Notes: generated from the letters alone by a model not told the origin. A stretch of 64,000 nucleotides of DNA from Felis catus (GCF_018350175.1 NC_058374.1:89528001-89592000), one strand, 5' to 3'. Shown: positions 11,656-25,215, counted from the first letter of the stretch. Program-made: numbers and translations.

Positions 11656-12189
11656 TGTCTTCTCAGTGATTCTCCGTGGTGTTTTCATTCCTTTCCTTTC
11701 TTTTTCTAACCACTGTTAACCCCCTGGAGAGCTGAGTTGCATTAGATGGTGGGAAACTAACTTTTTTTTAAAAAAAAATGTTTCTGTCTCACTTGCATTT
11801 TTATTTGTGCACTTGGAAATGAGACTTCGTGGACAGGGCCTTGATCATGAAGCCAGAGTTTTTCAGAGGATGGCTTGGAGACCCCTGTGCAGTAAGGAAA
11901 GGGAGAGCAAGCAAGCCTCCTAAACACTAGCCAGATTGAAACCTTTCCCTGGAAGAGGGTTCTTTGGAATAGTAGACCTTGTCAAGGCGATCTTTGGTTT
12001 CATTCGAATATCCTGAAATGCAATCCTTAGGTAGAGATTCTGTTTAGAATGCCCCATGTGTTGGTATTTTTTTCCTTCAAACATTTTTTTTTTAAACTAA
12101 CCCTTGAGGTCTGTCAGTACATAATAAAGAGTTTTACAAAATCATTTGCAATGTACAGGATTGAATATTGGTAAGAGATGTGGAATTTT

Positions 12190-12600
12190 TTTTAATGACA
12201 CATAAATCAAGGGGGGAAAAAAGATTTTATTGGAGTATAAAATACACACAGAAAAGTGCACAAGTCATTAGTGTAAGAGTTTTCACAGAGTACTACTCTC
12301 CTGCATCTACCACCTACCCAGATCAAGATCTCCAGTATCCACTGCCTACCCAGGAGATCTGGCCAGGCTTGTGCCTCTCCAGTGTAATATCTTCATGAAT
12401 TACACCATGGTTTGCTTTGGCCTGTAGTTTTCACTTTCTATAAATGGCCTCATAGTATATACACTTTGTGCCTGGTTCCTTCCGTTGAAATGTTTGTGAG
12501 AGTTGTCCATGTTGTTACATATAACTAGTTTCTTCCATTTTGACTGGTGTATTGAATTCTACTTCATGAATTTGCTCAGTATTTCTTGCATATTTCCTGA
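12190..12600 (-). mobile_element. Old L1M 3' fragment
   Basis: Antisense L1 3'UTR-like motifs (gtttgtgagagttgtccatgttgtt). Confidence 0.55.
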
Positions 12601-12654
12601 TTAAACTTTGGGTGTTGGATGCAGAAATCTTTAAACATGGACAGAACAAATGAA

Positions 12655-12865
12655 GGGTGCCTGGGTGGCTCAGTTAAGGGTCTGACATTGGCTCAGGTCA
12701 TGATCTTGTAGTTCGTGAGTTCAAGCCCAGCATCGTGCTCTGTGCTGACAGTTCAGAGCCTGGAGCCTGCTTCAGATTCTGTGTCTCCCTCTTTCTCTGC
12801 CCCTCCCCCGCTCACACTCTGTCTCTGTCTCTCTCTCAAAAATAAATATTTAAAAAAAAATTTTT
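12655..12865 (+). mobile_element. Can-SINE (SINEC_Fc-like)
   Basis: Full head to A tail; TSD aaacatggaca. Confidence 0.92.
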
Positions 12866-15259
12866 TTTTTAAACATGGACAAATGAATGGGGGGGAAGCC
12901 ACCTGTTAAAGGAAATATTTTCCCACAACGTTGTGGAATGATGTTGAACTAAGCCCTTGATTGGAAGGGCCTACCCGAAAGCATGTAGAACCATTTTAGG
13001 ACCAGAGTTGGATTTAGAGGCTTCCCCACAGGAATGAATGGGCAAATCAGACTATAGGATTATTCCAGGAGAGACCCCATTATCCTGCATCACCCTCGGA
13101 TCCAAAGGCCTCCACCTGCCACAACCCTCTCCATGTCCGCCTGCCTCCTCACGTCCCTCACTCCAGAATTAGAGTCCCAAAATGTGGCTGCGCCTGGTTG
13201 TCAGCTCCCACTGTTCATAAGCCAGCACCCTGTAAGAATATTAGCAAGGCAGAAAAAGGACATTTTCTGGCTTTTGCCTTAGGTAGTTGGGATTCCTAAT
13301 GTGGAAAATTCCCTAACCATGATCTAAAGCGCCAAAAAAAAGTCCTGGAAAGCCAAAAACAATGGCAAATTCCATTGGCAAGTTCCATTTTACTGGCCAT
13401 ATGTCTCCATTTGGCTTTGGGGAAATATGGTCAATATACTTTTGAAATAATCATAGTGACGTTCACGTGTTTCTGCCTAGTAGAAGGCTTGCCTTTTATT
13501 AAAAACAAAACAGTCATTTCATCAAGGTTAGTCTTCAACAAAAGAAGCTGGAGATCTGGGACAAGGCTGGATATCAAAATGTCCATGTGGGTGTATGTAT
13601 GTATGTATGAGAGAGAGAGAGCACAAGTGAACACTCCTCCTGGAGTCCTGAAGCAACATGCTTTGTTCAGCGTTAGTATCTTGAAGGAAGTTATGACATG
13701 ATCCACAACATCTCCAGCTCTAGGATATTTGCAACCTAATTCTGGTGGCTAGCAGGCACATTCTTCATATGCATCAGCTCTCTATCGGGTGTGCCCCTGG
13801 GGGTGAATGCGTTTCTTTTGCTGCTTGGGTGTTCGGCTAACGTGAGGACTATCGATGAATTACCCTCTCAGCGATAATGCATTGTGTTAATCTTTTGTCT
13901 TTGACATACCCAGGGAATATCTTGCGTAAGAATCATGTCCCTCTAAATGAAAGTGGATGGTCATGTCTATAAGCTAGAGGAGAGGAAAGCGTCATCGATA
14001 GTCTCATGGCATATTTGAAATTGTACAATGATGTGACACTAACTAGAAAATGAGATCTGGGGTTCTAGGCCTTTGATGGACTACATCCATTTAAAAAAAA
14101 AAGGCAACATGATCAGGATTTGTAATAGAAGGTGTGGTCTTTGAGCCAAAGATGATTATTGCATTAGTAACTGAATATCAGCAGATGCGTTTGAAGAGGG
14201 AAAGAAATTTTAGGTAAGACAAAATTGTTATCTTGTCCTAATTCAAACTCACTTATTGGACCTCATCAAATCAGCGACCCATGCCTCAGTTTCCCAAAGA
14301 GAAATAATCCACAGTGACATTGAACACATTATCTTCTAATCTTGAACGATGCCTATTTTCAGCACAGTTGAATTCATATTCTATATATACTTGTGTACCC
14401 CTGTTCGGTTTTTCTCCCTCACGTCAGTTCACATTAGAAGTGTCAGCGAATGTGATTTTTCTTAATGGCTGTAAAATTTTCTAACATATGAACATACCGT
14501 GATGTACTTCGTCATTTTCTTATCCTTGAGTGAGCCTATTTGCAGGTTTCATTTTTTCTGTTGACTATTACGTTGTAGTGAGCAGCTCCGTACACAGTCA
14601 TTGTCTGCATTTTTGAACCATAAATTTAGCATGGACTCCAAAAGGTGAAAGCATTGATCCAGAGGTTGTAAGCATTCCCTTAGACTCATGACAAAGGCTG
14701 CCAGAAAGACTGCACACGTTCACACTACTGCCAGCAACATGAAAGGGTATGCGAGTTTAAAATAGCGTCGTGTGTCCCTTTGCCGATGTAACAGGTAAAT
14801 GATAGGTTCGACCTACATTCTTCGGGGTATTTGTTACGTGCACGCTCACACTTCCAGAGTGAAAAGGTCCCGGTTTTACTCCCTTCTCTGTCCTAAGTGT
14901 CGGATGTATCACTGTTGTGTCAGCTGAACATCAGCCAGCGAGGCTTTCCTCGGGCACCTTAAGTTTGACAGACCTAAAAACTAAAGCCACTTGCTTTAAT
15001 TCCAAAATACACGCTGCTCCTCTGATTTCTGATCTGTTTTACTGACCTTTGCTCCGTGTTAACCTCATTCTGTGTCCACTCCCTTTTGCCTCAACTCTTG
15101 CAGTAGCCTCCTGCATAGTTTTTGGGGGTCCGTTGTCTCCCCTTTGCAACAACTGTCTACACTCTGGCTAAGCAGCTTTCTACAAAACAAAACAAACTAA
15201 CGATCATTGGACAAGCAAACATGTACTACTTACCAGGCATTGTTTTCAACATGTTAATA

Positions 15260-15745
15260 GGTGTGGCTGGATGGCTCAGTTGGCTAAGCCTCTGACTCTT
15301 GATCATAGCTCAGGTCTTGATCTCAGGGTTGTGAGTTCGAGCCCCATGTTGGGCTCCACACTGGTCGTGAAAGCTGCTTAAGAAAATACATTGAGAGGTG
15401 CCTGGATGGCCCAGTCAGGTAAGCATCTGACTTCAGCTCAGGGCATGATCTGCCCCTCCCTTGTTTGCTCTGTCTCTTTTTTTTTTTTCCCTTTTATTTT
15501 TTTTTAATGTTTTTTATGATTTATTTTTGAGCCAGAGAGAGACAGAGCATGAGCGGGGAAGGGGCAGAGAGAGAGGGAGACACAGAATCCAAAGCAGGCT
15601 CCAGGCTCTGAGCTGTCAGCACAGAGCCCAACGCGGGGCTCGAACCCACGAACTGTGAGATCATGACCTGAGCCGAAGTCAGGTGCTTAACTGACAGCCA
15701 CCCAGGCGCCCCTCCATCTCTTTCTCAAAAATTAATAATAAAAAA
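15260..15745. mobile_element. SINE cluster: short + SINE (15260-15385) and a + SINE remnant interrupted by a - Can-SINE (15476-15712)
   Basis: Recognisable heads and tails in both orientations. Confidence 0.8.
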
Positions 15746-17080
15746 ATTTTCAATACATTTTTAAAAATTTATTAGAATTCATGTAGAAATAAACATGTTA
15801 ATAACGCCTAACATGTATTGAGTGCCAGACGCCATTCTACAAATACTAAATATTAGTTCAGCCCTCACAGGAAAGCCAAGAGAAAGAGCTACAGAGGGGT
15901 TCCTGTCATCACAGACGCTAGCCACGGGCAGGGCCAGGGTTTAGTTCTGAGCTGCCTGCTTCCCCGGGGGCTGTGCCTGTAACACTGCTGCATCCTGCCC
16001 CCCGGATGATGCTCCTGTCCTTCCCCTCCTCAAAGCCACCCGCGACTCCCCACCGCAGGCCCCGAACTTTGTCTTCTTCCCTCTGTATCTTCTCACCTAA
16101 CGCGTAGCTGACTAGTAAATCGGTGAAACCACAGTGACGATGAATTCCTTGTCTGCCGTCCTCTGCGGCCTGCCGTGTCAACCCCACTGCCCACCACTTC
16201 CTCTCAAGAACCTTTACTTTTCGGCCCAGTCACAGCACCTTCCCCTGAACGCGCCGGGCCTCATTCTCCCTCAGCCTACCTCACGTCATTCCTTACTGTA
16301 ACGTGTCCCCGACCTCGCTCGAATACCTGCCTGTTGACTTAATGTTTATCCGTGAAAACCCAACTAAAATGTTACGTCTTTCATGACACATGCCCCAAAT
16401 CTCTGGGCAGCCGTCCCTTTCTCCTCCATGCTTCCTCCCATCAGGCCCTCTCCACAGGCCGTGACTGAACAAGACGCGCAGGCTTCCTGGACTCGTGAGG
16501 TATATTTCCTGGTCGGAACACAGGCACTGAATAAGCAAGCCCACAACTATGTCAGCAAAATAATTTCAGGTGCCAACACCTACTGTAGAAAGCAAAGGCG
16601 AGGCGGACAAGGGTGACAGGATTGAGGGCATCTGGGAGGGGAACTTCAGATGGGACGGCTGGGAGGTCCCCCCTGAGGTGGTAAAAATCTGAGCTCAGGT
16701 CGGAATGATGGGAAGAAAGTAGCCACGTGAAAAGAAATATTTGGCACCAGAGGGAGCGGCTCGTGCACATGCCCTCCACCTCTGCCGGGTCACAGCGCTT
16801 AGGGAGAGAAGGTCACCACGACTGGAGCCCGACAATGAGAGGAACCGGTGATGGAGATGGACGGTGGGCAGAGACCAGGATGTGGAGGCCCTTGGAGCCA
16901 AAGTAAGTAACAGACTTAGATGTCATTCCAAGTGCAAGGAAAGCCATCGGAAGGATCTAAGGAATGCAACATCACCCACCACTTTCCACCCACTCTCCAA
17001 AACCACAAGGACAGATCACCTCACACTTATTAGGATGGCCATGGAAAGAAAGGGAGGGAGGGAGGAGGGAGAGGAGGGAA

Positions 17081-17287
17081 NNNNNNNNNNNNNNNNNNNN
17101 NNNNNNNNNNNNNNNNNNNNNNNNNNNNNNNNNNNNNNNNNNNNNNNNNNNNNNNNNNNNNNNNNNNNNNNNNNNNNNNNNNNNNNNNNNNNNNNNNNNN
17201 NNNNNNNNNNNNNNNNNNNNNNNNNNNNNNNNNNNNNNNNNNNNNNNNNNNNNNNNNNNNNNNNNNNNNNNNNNNNNNNNNNNNNNN
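17081..17287. other. Assembly gap (207 N)
   Basis: N run. Confidence 1.
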
Positions 17288-17389
17288 AGCGCTATTTGTG
17301 TATTCATGTTATTGCAGTGTTGTTCACAACAGCCAAGACATGAGAGCAATCTGTCAATCAGCAAATGGATGGGTAAAGAAGATGTGTCC

Positions 17390-17515
17390 GGGGTGCCTGG
17401 CTGTCTCAGTCGGAAAAGCATGCAACTCTTGATCTCGGGGTTGTGAGTTCGAGTCCCACGTTGGGTGTAGAGATTACTAAAACAGTAATAATAAATAAAT
17501 TTGAAAAAAAAAAAG
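17390..17515 (+). mobile_element. Short Can-SINE variant
   Basis: gggtgcctggct...actcttgatctcggggttgtgagttcgag...tagagattact. Confidence 0.85.
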
Positions 17516-17519
17516 GATG

Positions 17520-18110
17520 TGGCATATACATGCAATGGAATGTTATTCAGCCTTACAAAGGAAGGGAGGAAGTCCTGTCACCTGCTACAGCACGGATTTT
17601 GAGGACATGATGTTAAGTGAAGTAAGCCAGTTACAGAAAGACAAATACTGAGGTGCCTGGGTGGCTCAGTCAGTTCAGCGTCTGACTTCAGCTCAGGTCA
17701 TGATCTCACGGTCCGTGAGTTCGAGCCCCGCATTGGGCTCCGTGCTGACAGCTCACAGCCTGGAGCCTGCTTCTGATTCTGTGTCTCCCTCTCTGTCTGC
17801 CCTTCCCCTGCTCACGCTCTGTCTCTCTCTCTCTGTCAAAAATAAGCAAACATTAAAAAAAAAAAAAAGACAAATACTGTACAAGTCCACTTAGGTGAGG
17901 TACCTAGAGTAGTCAAAGTCTTAGCATGTAGAGTGGTGGTGGCCGGGGGCTTGGGGGAGAAGGGTGGGGGAGCTGTTCAGTGGGTGTAGAGTTTCAGTTT
18001 TGCAAGATGAAAACACCACAGTGTACAGATAGTTAATGCTACTGTAGTGTACGTGCAAAATTGGTATGATGGTGATTTTTAATGTGATGTGTTTTGTGCA
18101 ACAGTAAGAA
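17520..18110 (+). mobile_element. L1MB-like 3' end containing a Can-SINE (17651-17869)
   Basis: atggaatgttattcagcc and gtagagtttcagttttgcaagatgaaaa L1 motifs; SINE TSD agacaaatactg. Confidence 0.8.
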
Positions 18111-19899
18111 AAAAGATCACTCTGGATGCTGTAGGAATCGGTTGGTGGTGGGGACATAGGAAGGAGATGGCAAGAGTGAGGTAGGATAGCATGGTTAAGC
18201 ACGACAGTGAGAAATGGCGGTGGCGTGGACCAGGTAGCCTTGCAGATGGAGAAGGAGGGATGCATTGGGAGTACATTTTAGAGTTAAATCAACAGGGTTT
18301 GCAGACAACTTGGATGTGGGGATAAAGAAAAGGGAAGAAGCAAGAATGACTCCCGGGTTTTTGTTTCAGAGCAACTGGGTGGGCGATAGGGACCTTTACT
18401 TAGGAAAAATCAGGGAGAGGAAGAGGTCAGCAAGAGGCGCGCAACCAAGAATTCAGGATTGGACATGTGTAAGATGGCTGTTAGACTTCCAAGGGGAGAC
18501 ATCTAGGAGGGCAGCGGATCTGACTCAGGGCAGATATTTCTGGTCAGAAGATGCTAGTTTGGTATTGAAAGGTGTGAGACTGGAGGAGATCTCCTAGAAA
18601 TAGGGAAGAGGGCAAGATCCTGGAATTAGGCCGCAGTAGAGCCCCAACTTGCCGAGCTTTGGTGGAACGAGGGGTGAGCTGGCGAAACTGGGAGGAGCAG
18701 CCGACGAGGAAGGGGAAGACCGGGAGGGTATAATAGTATGTTATGTAATGTTATCGGGGCCAGAAGCACTGTCCTCTCTGCTTAGGAAATTCATAAAACT
18801 TTCTGGGATGTCAGGGTGCTTTATCTTCTCACCTCGCGGAGATCACTTCTTCAAAGAGCCTTCTCCTGATCCCCCGACCTAAAGACATGCCCCTTGCCAC
18901 CTGCCCTAGTCTCAGACATGACACTGACTCTGGCTATTATTAGACAATAAAAATCCTTATGATCATTTTAAGTTATAAACAGTCTTAATTCACTCGTTTA
19001 TGATGTTTGATCCCATGTAAATCTTGCATTGAATTTGAACGAACATTCTCTTCCCCAACTCCAGCTGGGGTCAGCCACAGAGGGGGAGCCAAGACCTAGG
19101 AGAGAAGAGGGGGCAGGAAAGTTCTTACTTGATCGGTACCATCTGCTTCAACTGGCCTTGTGCTTACACCAGAGCCAAACATGGGCTCTTTCCTTAAAGA
19201 AGTGCTTTGGTGAGTTTTTGGAGAAGCCCGACCCCATGGGTCTCTGCGGGATCTCCCCCCACAAGTCCCCTGATGTATCTCTCTTCTGGCTGTTTGCTTA
19301 TTGCTTCCTCAACAGGCAGGAATCCAGCTCAGGTCTGCTAGGTTCTCTTCTCACCTCCAGACAGTCCTTTGACCAAGACCTAAGGTGATGCTAACTCAGC
19401 CTTCTTTTGCATAGAGCTTGGCCCACTTCATGCATTCCATGCCCTGCAGCCCCTGGAAGCGCAGAGAGTCCACACTGCCACTTCATCAGCACCTTACCCC
19501 AGAGATCTCAAAAAGAAAGTCAGACTCTGCTCCACAGTGTGCCTCAACTGTAGGGGATATGTACTAAACTTTTGGGGGGTTGCCCATAGATGCCCTTCTC
19601 ACTAAAGTAGAAGTGAGCACCAGGCACCCCAATCTTCTCCTTTGAGGGGTGCTCACAGCACACCCACACTTCTCTGCAAAAGCCTCTTCGTAAATCAATC
19701 TCCTAATATCCAGAGTCTGTATACCACTAGAGGAGAGAGGCTTTCACAGGCTTTTAACGAAATTGTTTGAAAATGTGCATGTTGATTTGGTCTCATACGT
19801 TTGAATATGATGTTTTGGTCCCTTGATGGAGCTTCCATTTTTATATCCTGTTACATAGTAGTAAATCCTGTATGAAGAAAATAAAGCAGGATAACAGAG

Positions 19900-20600
19900 T
19901 AAAGGGAGATTGGGAAGTGCTGTTTTATTTTATTGCAGAATAAAAACCATTTAAAATGGGTTTACTTTAGAAAAGGTAATACAGCCACATGAACCTGAGA
20001 CAAAAATATATTAAAAGATAGTCAGCGAAAGTCTCCTTCCCATCCCTGCCCCCCCATTCACCTGTATCTCCCCACTCATCCTACCTAAGTAACCTGTCTA
20101 AATGCTTTTTTGTGTGTCATTACTGTCTCTTTATATAAGCAAGCAAACACAAGCATGAATTATTCTTATTTTAGCCCCTCCTTGCACAAATGGTAGGATG
20201 CCACCCATGCTGTTTCGCACTTTGTTTTTTTTTTACCTCATTGTATATCTTGGACATTTCCCATATCAGGACTTGGAGATCTTCCTCACTCTCCTTTAAG
20301 GCTGCGAAGTTAAGTAAGTAGTCCATTGTATGAATGTTCTGTAATTTATTTAACCTGTCCCCTATTGAGGAGCATTTAGATAGTTTGCAATCTTTTGTTA
20401 CTTCAGCTAATGTTGCAACAAATAACTTTATACTTATGTCATTTCCCATGCATGTAAATGTATCGGTAGGATACTTTTCTAGGGGTGGGATTACTGGGCC
20501 AAAGGGAATGTGTGTTTGTGATCGGGGTCACTATTGCCAAATTGCCCTGCTAAGGGGCAGTACCAATTTATCTTCCCATCAGCCTGTATCCAGGATGCTT
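19900..20600 (-). mobile_element. Old L1ME-like fragment
   Basis: tagtccattgtatgaatg and cccctattgaggagcatttag motifs. Confidence 0.55.
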
Positions 20601-22604
20601 ATTTAGCAGGTTGTTGGGGCAGCCTCTCCGTAGAGTTCACATTTGAGCAGCGATCTGAATATCAAAAAGGAGCCATCCATGTAAAAATCTAAGGGAAGAT
20701 CATTCTAGGTAGAAAGAGCTGGGGGAAAGGTCTGAGGCGGAAATAAGTTCCTCATGTTGGAGGACCAGCAAAACTGCCAGTGTGGTGGGTATGTCACGAA
20801 TGAGTGGGGGGGGGCCCATGAACAAGACAGGTTGACGGATGTAACGGGAGCTGGATCGTGCGGACCCAGGTTGGGAGTCTGCATTTTATTCCACATGGCA
20901 TGGGACGTCATCATAGGCGGGTTGAGTGGAGAAGTGGAGTGATGTGTTTCCATGTTAGAAGATTATTGACTGCTTTTTGAAAATGTCTGTAACTGTCTTG
21001 CTCATCAGAGCAGACCAAATTCCTAATAAATACAATGTAAACATCCATCCTAAAAGCCTCTTCTCAGCAGAGATCCAATAAAACTGTGGCTACACAGGGA
21101 TTAAAGACCAGCCAACTTGAGTGAGGCAGGAAGACCTAAGTCACACGATAGGCCCATACTAGGTACGTTTACAGATAAGAAAAGGGAAAGGATGCCCATG
21201 TAAATCACAAAGGCCTAGAACCATTATGGTCTCAGTCTTGCCTCCGGCTGCATGCAGAAAGTTGACATTCCTGTTTTTATTATGCATTCCCTGGTCCTAG
21301 ATTCCTTAACTCAGGAAGAAGACCAGAATTCTCTAGTTCATGGGAATGCTTCTCCTGACCTGGGCTTATCCTGCCCTGAGCTTACGTCGTTCTCCCTTTC
21401 GGGTTCTGTATCCATGATATAATGGCAAAAGGACAAACAGAAAAGTTACACGTTAACAAGTCGATATATCTTGCACAGTTTAAAATTACATTGAATTTTA
21501 AGCCAACTCTCTAGGGCTTTCCTTAGAATAGCCAGAAGCGAGACAATGATTTCATCTGTCCTAACAGTTGGACAGGGTGGCAAATGCCCCCAAACAGACG
21601 CTGAGCTCGGGAAAGGTATTTCCTTCACCCATTAGGCCGGCGATGGAATAGATATATCGCAGTATATTGCCTTTAGCATCTGTTTTTGCTGAAATGCTCC
21701 TTTACTCCTTCACTGACACTGTTGGGACATCGGAGTCCTGTGCCAACGTGGACCTTTGTCTGCTTGTGTCAGCTGTGACCATTGTCGATTTGCTCCTTCA
21801 GAGGACGCTGCTGCCTTAGCGCCCGCGTCTGGTTCGACGGCAGAGCCTCGGTCCGGCACTGTGCTTGGGCACAGCTCTCTGAGGCCGGCGACTGCTCAGC
21901 TGTTAGGGCCTGCCTGCCACACTCAGCATGTGAACACTGGAAGGAGCCAGACAACTTCTACATCCCGTAAGTACTCGGAAGCCAGAAGGAGCTCTATCGA
22001 GGGGGAGGAATGAGAGCCTGGAAAGGAATAGATCCACTTTTGGAAATCCTGCTGTGTCTGGCGGCTGGGGGTTGGGGCTCAGGCAAGTGAACTGGAAAAA
22101 GGACGTATCCCACCTTCTAACTGGATGGCTTAACAGTAACCTTCTCTCTTCACTGTGACCCATAGTTCCGTGTCGAGAAGTTCCTGGTGATTGTCTTAGA
22201 GAAACTTCCCCCCCTCATCCTGCCTTGTCCAGACTCAATTATAAACATTCTAAATGTATTTCTCAATTCCACTAGACTTTTTAAACTCATGACCTGCATT
22301 TGCCCTACATACGAATTCCTATTTTGAAATTTTCTCTATTTAATGTGAATTATTCCCAGAGCCCATAGGTGGTTTTTCTCATAATCAGATACATTTGAAC
22401 CTCCTTTTACCCACCTGTATCCCTGGGATACTTGGTTCTCTGGCCATAAAACTTACTCTTCATGAGCATACTTCTATCCTAAACAAGCTATATTATTGCT
22501 TTTCTTTTTCTAAGTGGGAATTCATGAGCTATTATGAGTGGTAATTTTCCTTGTTTGGGTCAGCGTTTTATCTCTTTAGTCAGCTATTTGTGGTTGTGTA
22601 TTTT

Positions 22605-22817
22605 AATTTTTTTTAACGTTTTATTTATTTTTGAGACAGAGAGAGACAGAGCATGAACAGGGGAGGGTGAGAGAGAGAGGGAGACACAGAATCTGAAACA
22701 GGCTCCAGGCTCTGAGCTGTCAGCACAGAGCCCGATGCGGGGCTCGAACTCACAGACCGCGAGATCATGACCTGAGCCGAAGTCGGACGCTTAACCGACT
22801 GAGCCACCCAGGCACGC
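22605..22817 (-). mobile_element. Can-SINE (SINEC_Fc-like)
   Basis: Full antisense copy; TSD gtggttgtgtatttt. Confidence 0.92.
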
Positions 22818-22928
22818 TGTGGTTGTGTATTTTGCTTCACACCATGGTAAACAAGTTTTCCTAATTTCTGAGCATATTAATTTTTTTCCTTGAACGTTTT
22901 TGTTGCTGGTGTTCAAATAAGAAAAACC

Positions 22929-23200
22929 GGGAGCACTGAGTGGCTCATTCAGTTGAGCATCCGACTCTCGATTTCAGCTCAGGTCATGATCCCAGGGTCA
23001 TGGGATTGAGCCCCTTGTCAGACTTCATGCTAAATGTGGAGCCTGCTTAAGATTCTCCCTCTCCCTTTCCCACTCCCTCTCCCTCTCCCTCTCCCTCTCC
23101 CTCTCCCTCTCCCTCTGCCCCTCTACCCTGCTCATGCTCGTTCTCTCTCTCTCTCTCTCTCTCACTAAAATAAAAGAATAAATTAAAAATAAGGAAAACT
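22929..23200 (+). mobile_element. Can-SINE with expanded (CCCTCT)n tract
   Basis: Head, hexamer-expanded CT tract, A tail. Confidence 0.88.
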
Positions 23201-23448
23201 AAAATACTTTTAAGAGAAAATGAAACACTGTCTCCTATTTTTCCCCTAAAGACTGAAGTGATTAAACCACCGTGGTTAAGTTCTAGCTGTGTCTTTTCCA
23301 AGCCATTTTTCTTGAGGTGGCAAATGTGATGTTCCCATCTCTCTGATATATATAGGCAACTGTTGTGGTCTGCAGAATTTGGGGAATTCTCCCTGGTTAA
23401 ATAGTAACTTGGTCTAGAGTGTCGCTCACTTCTTTAACATTCATGGTT

Positions 23449-23780
23449 TTGGGTGCCTGGCTAGCTCAGTCAATACAACATGCAACTCTTGATCTTGGGG
23501 TTGTGAGTTCGAGACCCACATTGGGTATAGAGATTATAAATAAATAAACTCAAGAAAAAACCATTTGGCAGGGGGTGCTCGGGTGGCTCAGTCACTTAAG
23601 CGTCCAACTTTTGGTTCCGGTTCAGGTCATGATCTGGTGATTCATGAGTTTGTCAAGACCCACATCAGTTCTGCGCTGATAGTGCGGAGACTGCTTGGGA
23701 TTCTCTCCCTCCCCTTCTCTCTCTGCCCCTCCCCCACTCATGCTCTAAATAAATAAATGAATGAGTAAACAAAAAAAACC
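23449..23780 (+). mobile_element. Short SINE (23449-23562) followed by a Can-SINE (23569-23780)
   Basis: Two heads and two A tails. Confidence 0.85.
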
Positions 23781-24008
23781 ATTCAGGGCTCTGTTTACCC
23801 TCAAGAACAACTCTTTTACCTTTATGAGGAAGAATATTCTTTCTGAATACATGTATCAGTCAGGGCCTTCAGTTGAAAGCCACAAAACCCAACTCGGGGT
23901 GATTTAAGCAGAAAGGATTTTAAGACACTCAAGGATGTTTCTGTTTAAAGGTGGTGATTCGAAGGCAGACATTTACGTCTGCTACCTCCTAACACCTCTC
24001 TAATAAAG

Positions 24009-24110
24009 GGTATTTCTTTAAGTAGGCTGCACACCCAATGTGGGGCTCGAACTCACAACCCGGAGATCAAGAGTTGCATGCTCTACTGACTGAGCCAACC
24101 AGGTGCCCCT
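24009..24110 (-). mobile_element. Short Can-SINE variant
   Basis: Antisense short-SINE sequence. Confidence 0.8.
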
Positions 24111-24589
24111 AGGGCATTTTTATATTTTTAAAAAAAGACAAAGTCAAGGGTTAAAGAGAGTCAGGGAGTTGTAACATAGCAACAAAGTCAAGAGAGGCAA
24201 CATAGCAACAAAGTATTGGATGATAGAAAGAAGACAAAGAGGAATTTATTTAGCATCTGGAGAAAGTTGACTTCTAGCGGGGAAAATTCATATGCACTAA
24301 AGAACTTCTCCAAGGCCCAGAAATTGACTGCACTGTGCAGTGAGGCTGACACAGGGAGATCTGCAGACCTGCAGATGAAATGTTAGAGAACCAGCAAGAG
24401 CCCAGAGTGAGACAGAAAAGAGGGCAGAACGGAAGCAGGAAAGTGAGCCAAGGGCGAGATGATGGAGGGCCTTCAGAGCACAGTGAGGCACTTGGATGTT
24501 CTTTTATGGAGGTTGGAAGATTTATAGAGAAGGTAGAGAGTCCATACGACAGATTGAAAGTGTAGATGGAACAGGACCTAATCCTGCCC

Positions 24590-25215
24590 CTCTCACAGGA
24601 TTAAATGATTTGAGGGTAGGTATGTGGCCCAAAGTGGGCCAAATTAGGATTGATCCTGGGACTTGGGTGTTACTTTTGGAAAATCATTTCTCTCTTTTCC
24701 CTGAAGTTGCTAAATCAATAGGACATAGGCCTAGAACTGTGGGGGCCATCCTCCAGCCTGCCTGAGAACGATGCTAATACAAAGGAAACAGACATCAGGA
24801 GAGAAATAAAGAGTGACAGTGGAACCAAATCTTGAAGCAATTGTGTGAGCCTTTGAATGCAGATGAGCCTAAGATGGAATACAACCCTGGGTTGACCAGC
24901 TCTGTAAGCCAATACATTTCCTTTTTTTTTTTTTTTTTTTAATTTTTTTTTCAACGTTTTTTATTTATTTTGGGGACAGAGAGAGACAGAGCATGAACAG
25001 GGGAGGGGCAGAGAGAGAGGGAGACACAGAATCGGAAACAGGCTCCAGGCTCCGAGCCATCAGCCCGGAGCCTGACGCGGGGCTCGAACTCACGGACCGC
25101 GAGATCGTGACCTGGCTGAAGTCGGACGCTTAACCGACTGCGCCACCCAGGCGCCCCTACATTTCCTTTTTTTAACTCAACGTAGTCTGAGTTGGGTTTC
25201 TGTCACTAGCAAGCA
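24590..25215 (+). mobile_element. Old MaLR LTR (MLT1-type) interrupted by a young SINE
   Basis: tggcccaaagtgggccaaattag and aagccaatacatttcc...gttgggtttctgtcact motifs. Confidence 0.6.
24928..25157 (-). mobile_element. Young felid SINE
   Basis: CpG-rich, long T tail, TSD tacatttcctttttt. Confidence 0.95.

Larger units (their letters stand above)
16480..18760 (-). mobile_element. Fragmented L2 element interrupted by younger repeats and a gap
   Basis: Purine-rich antisense L2 motifs (gcagacaacttggatgtgggg, gaattcaggattggacatgtg). Confidence 0.55.
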
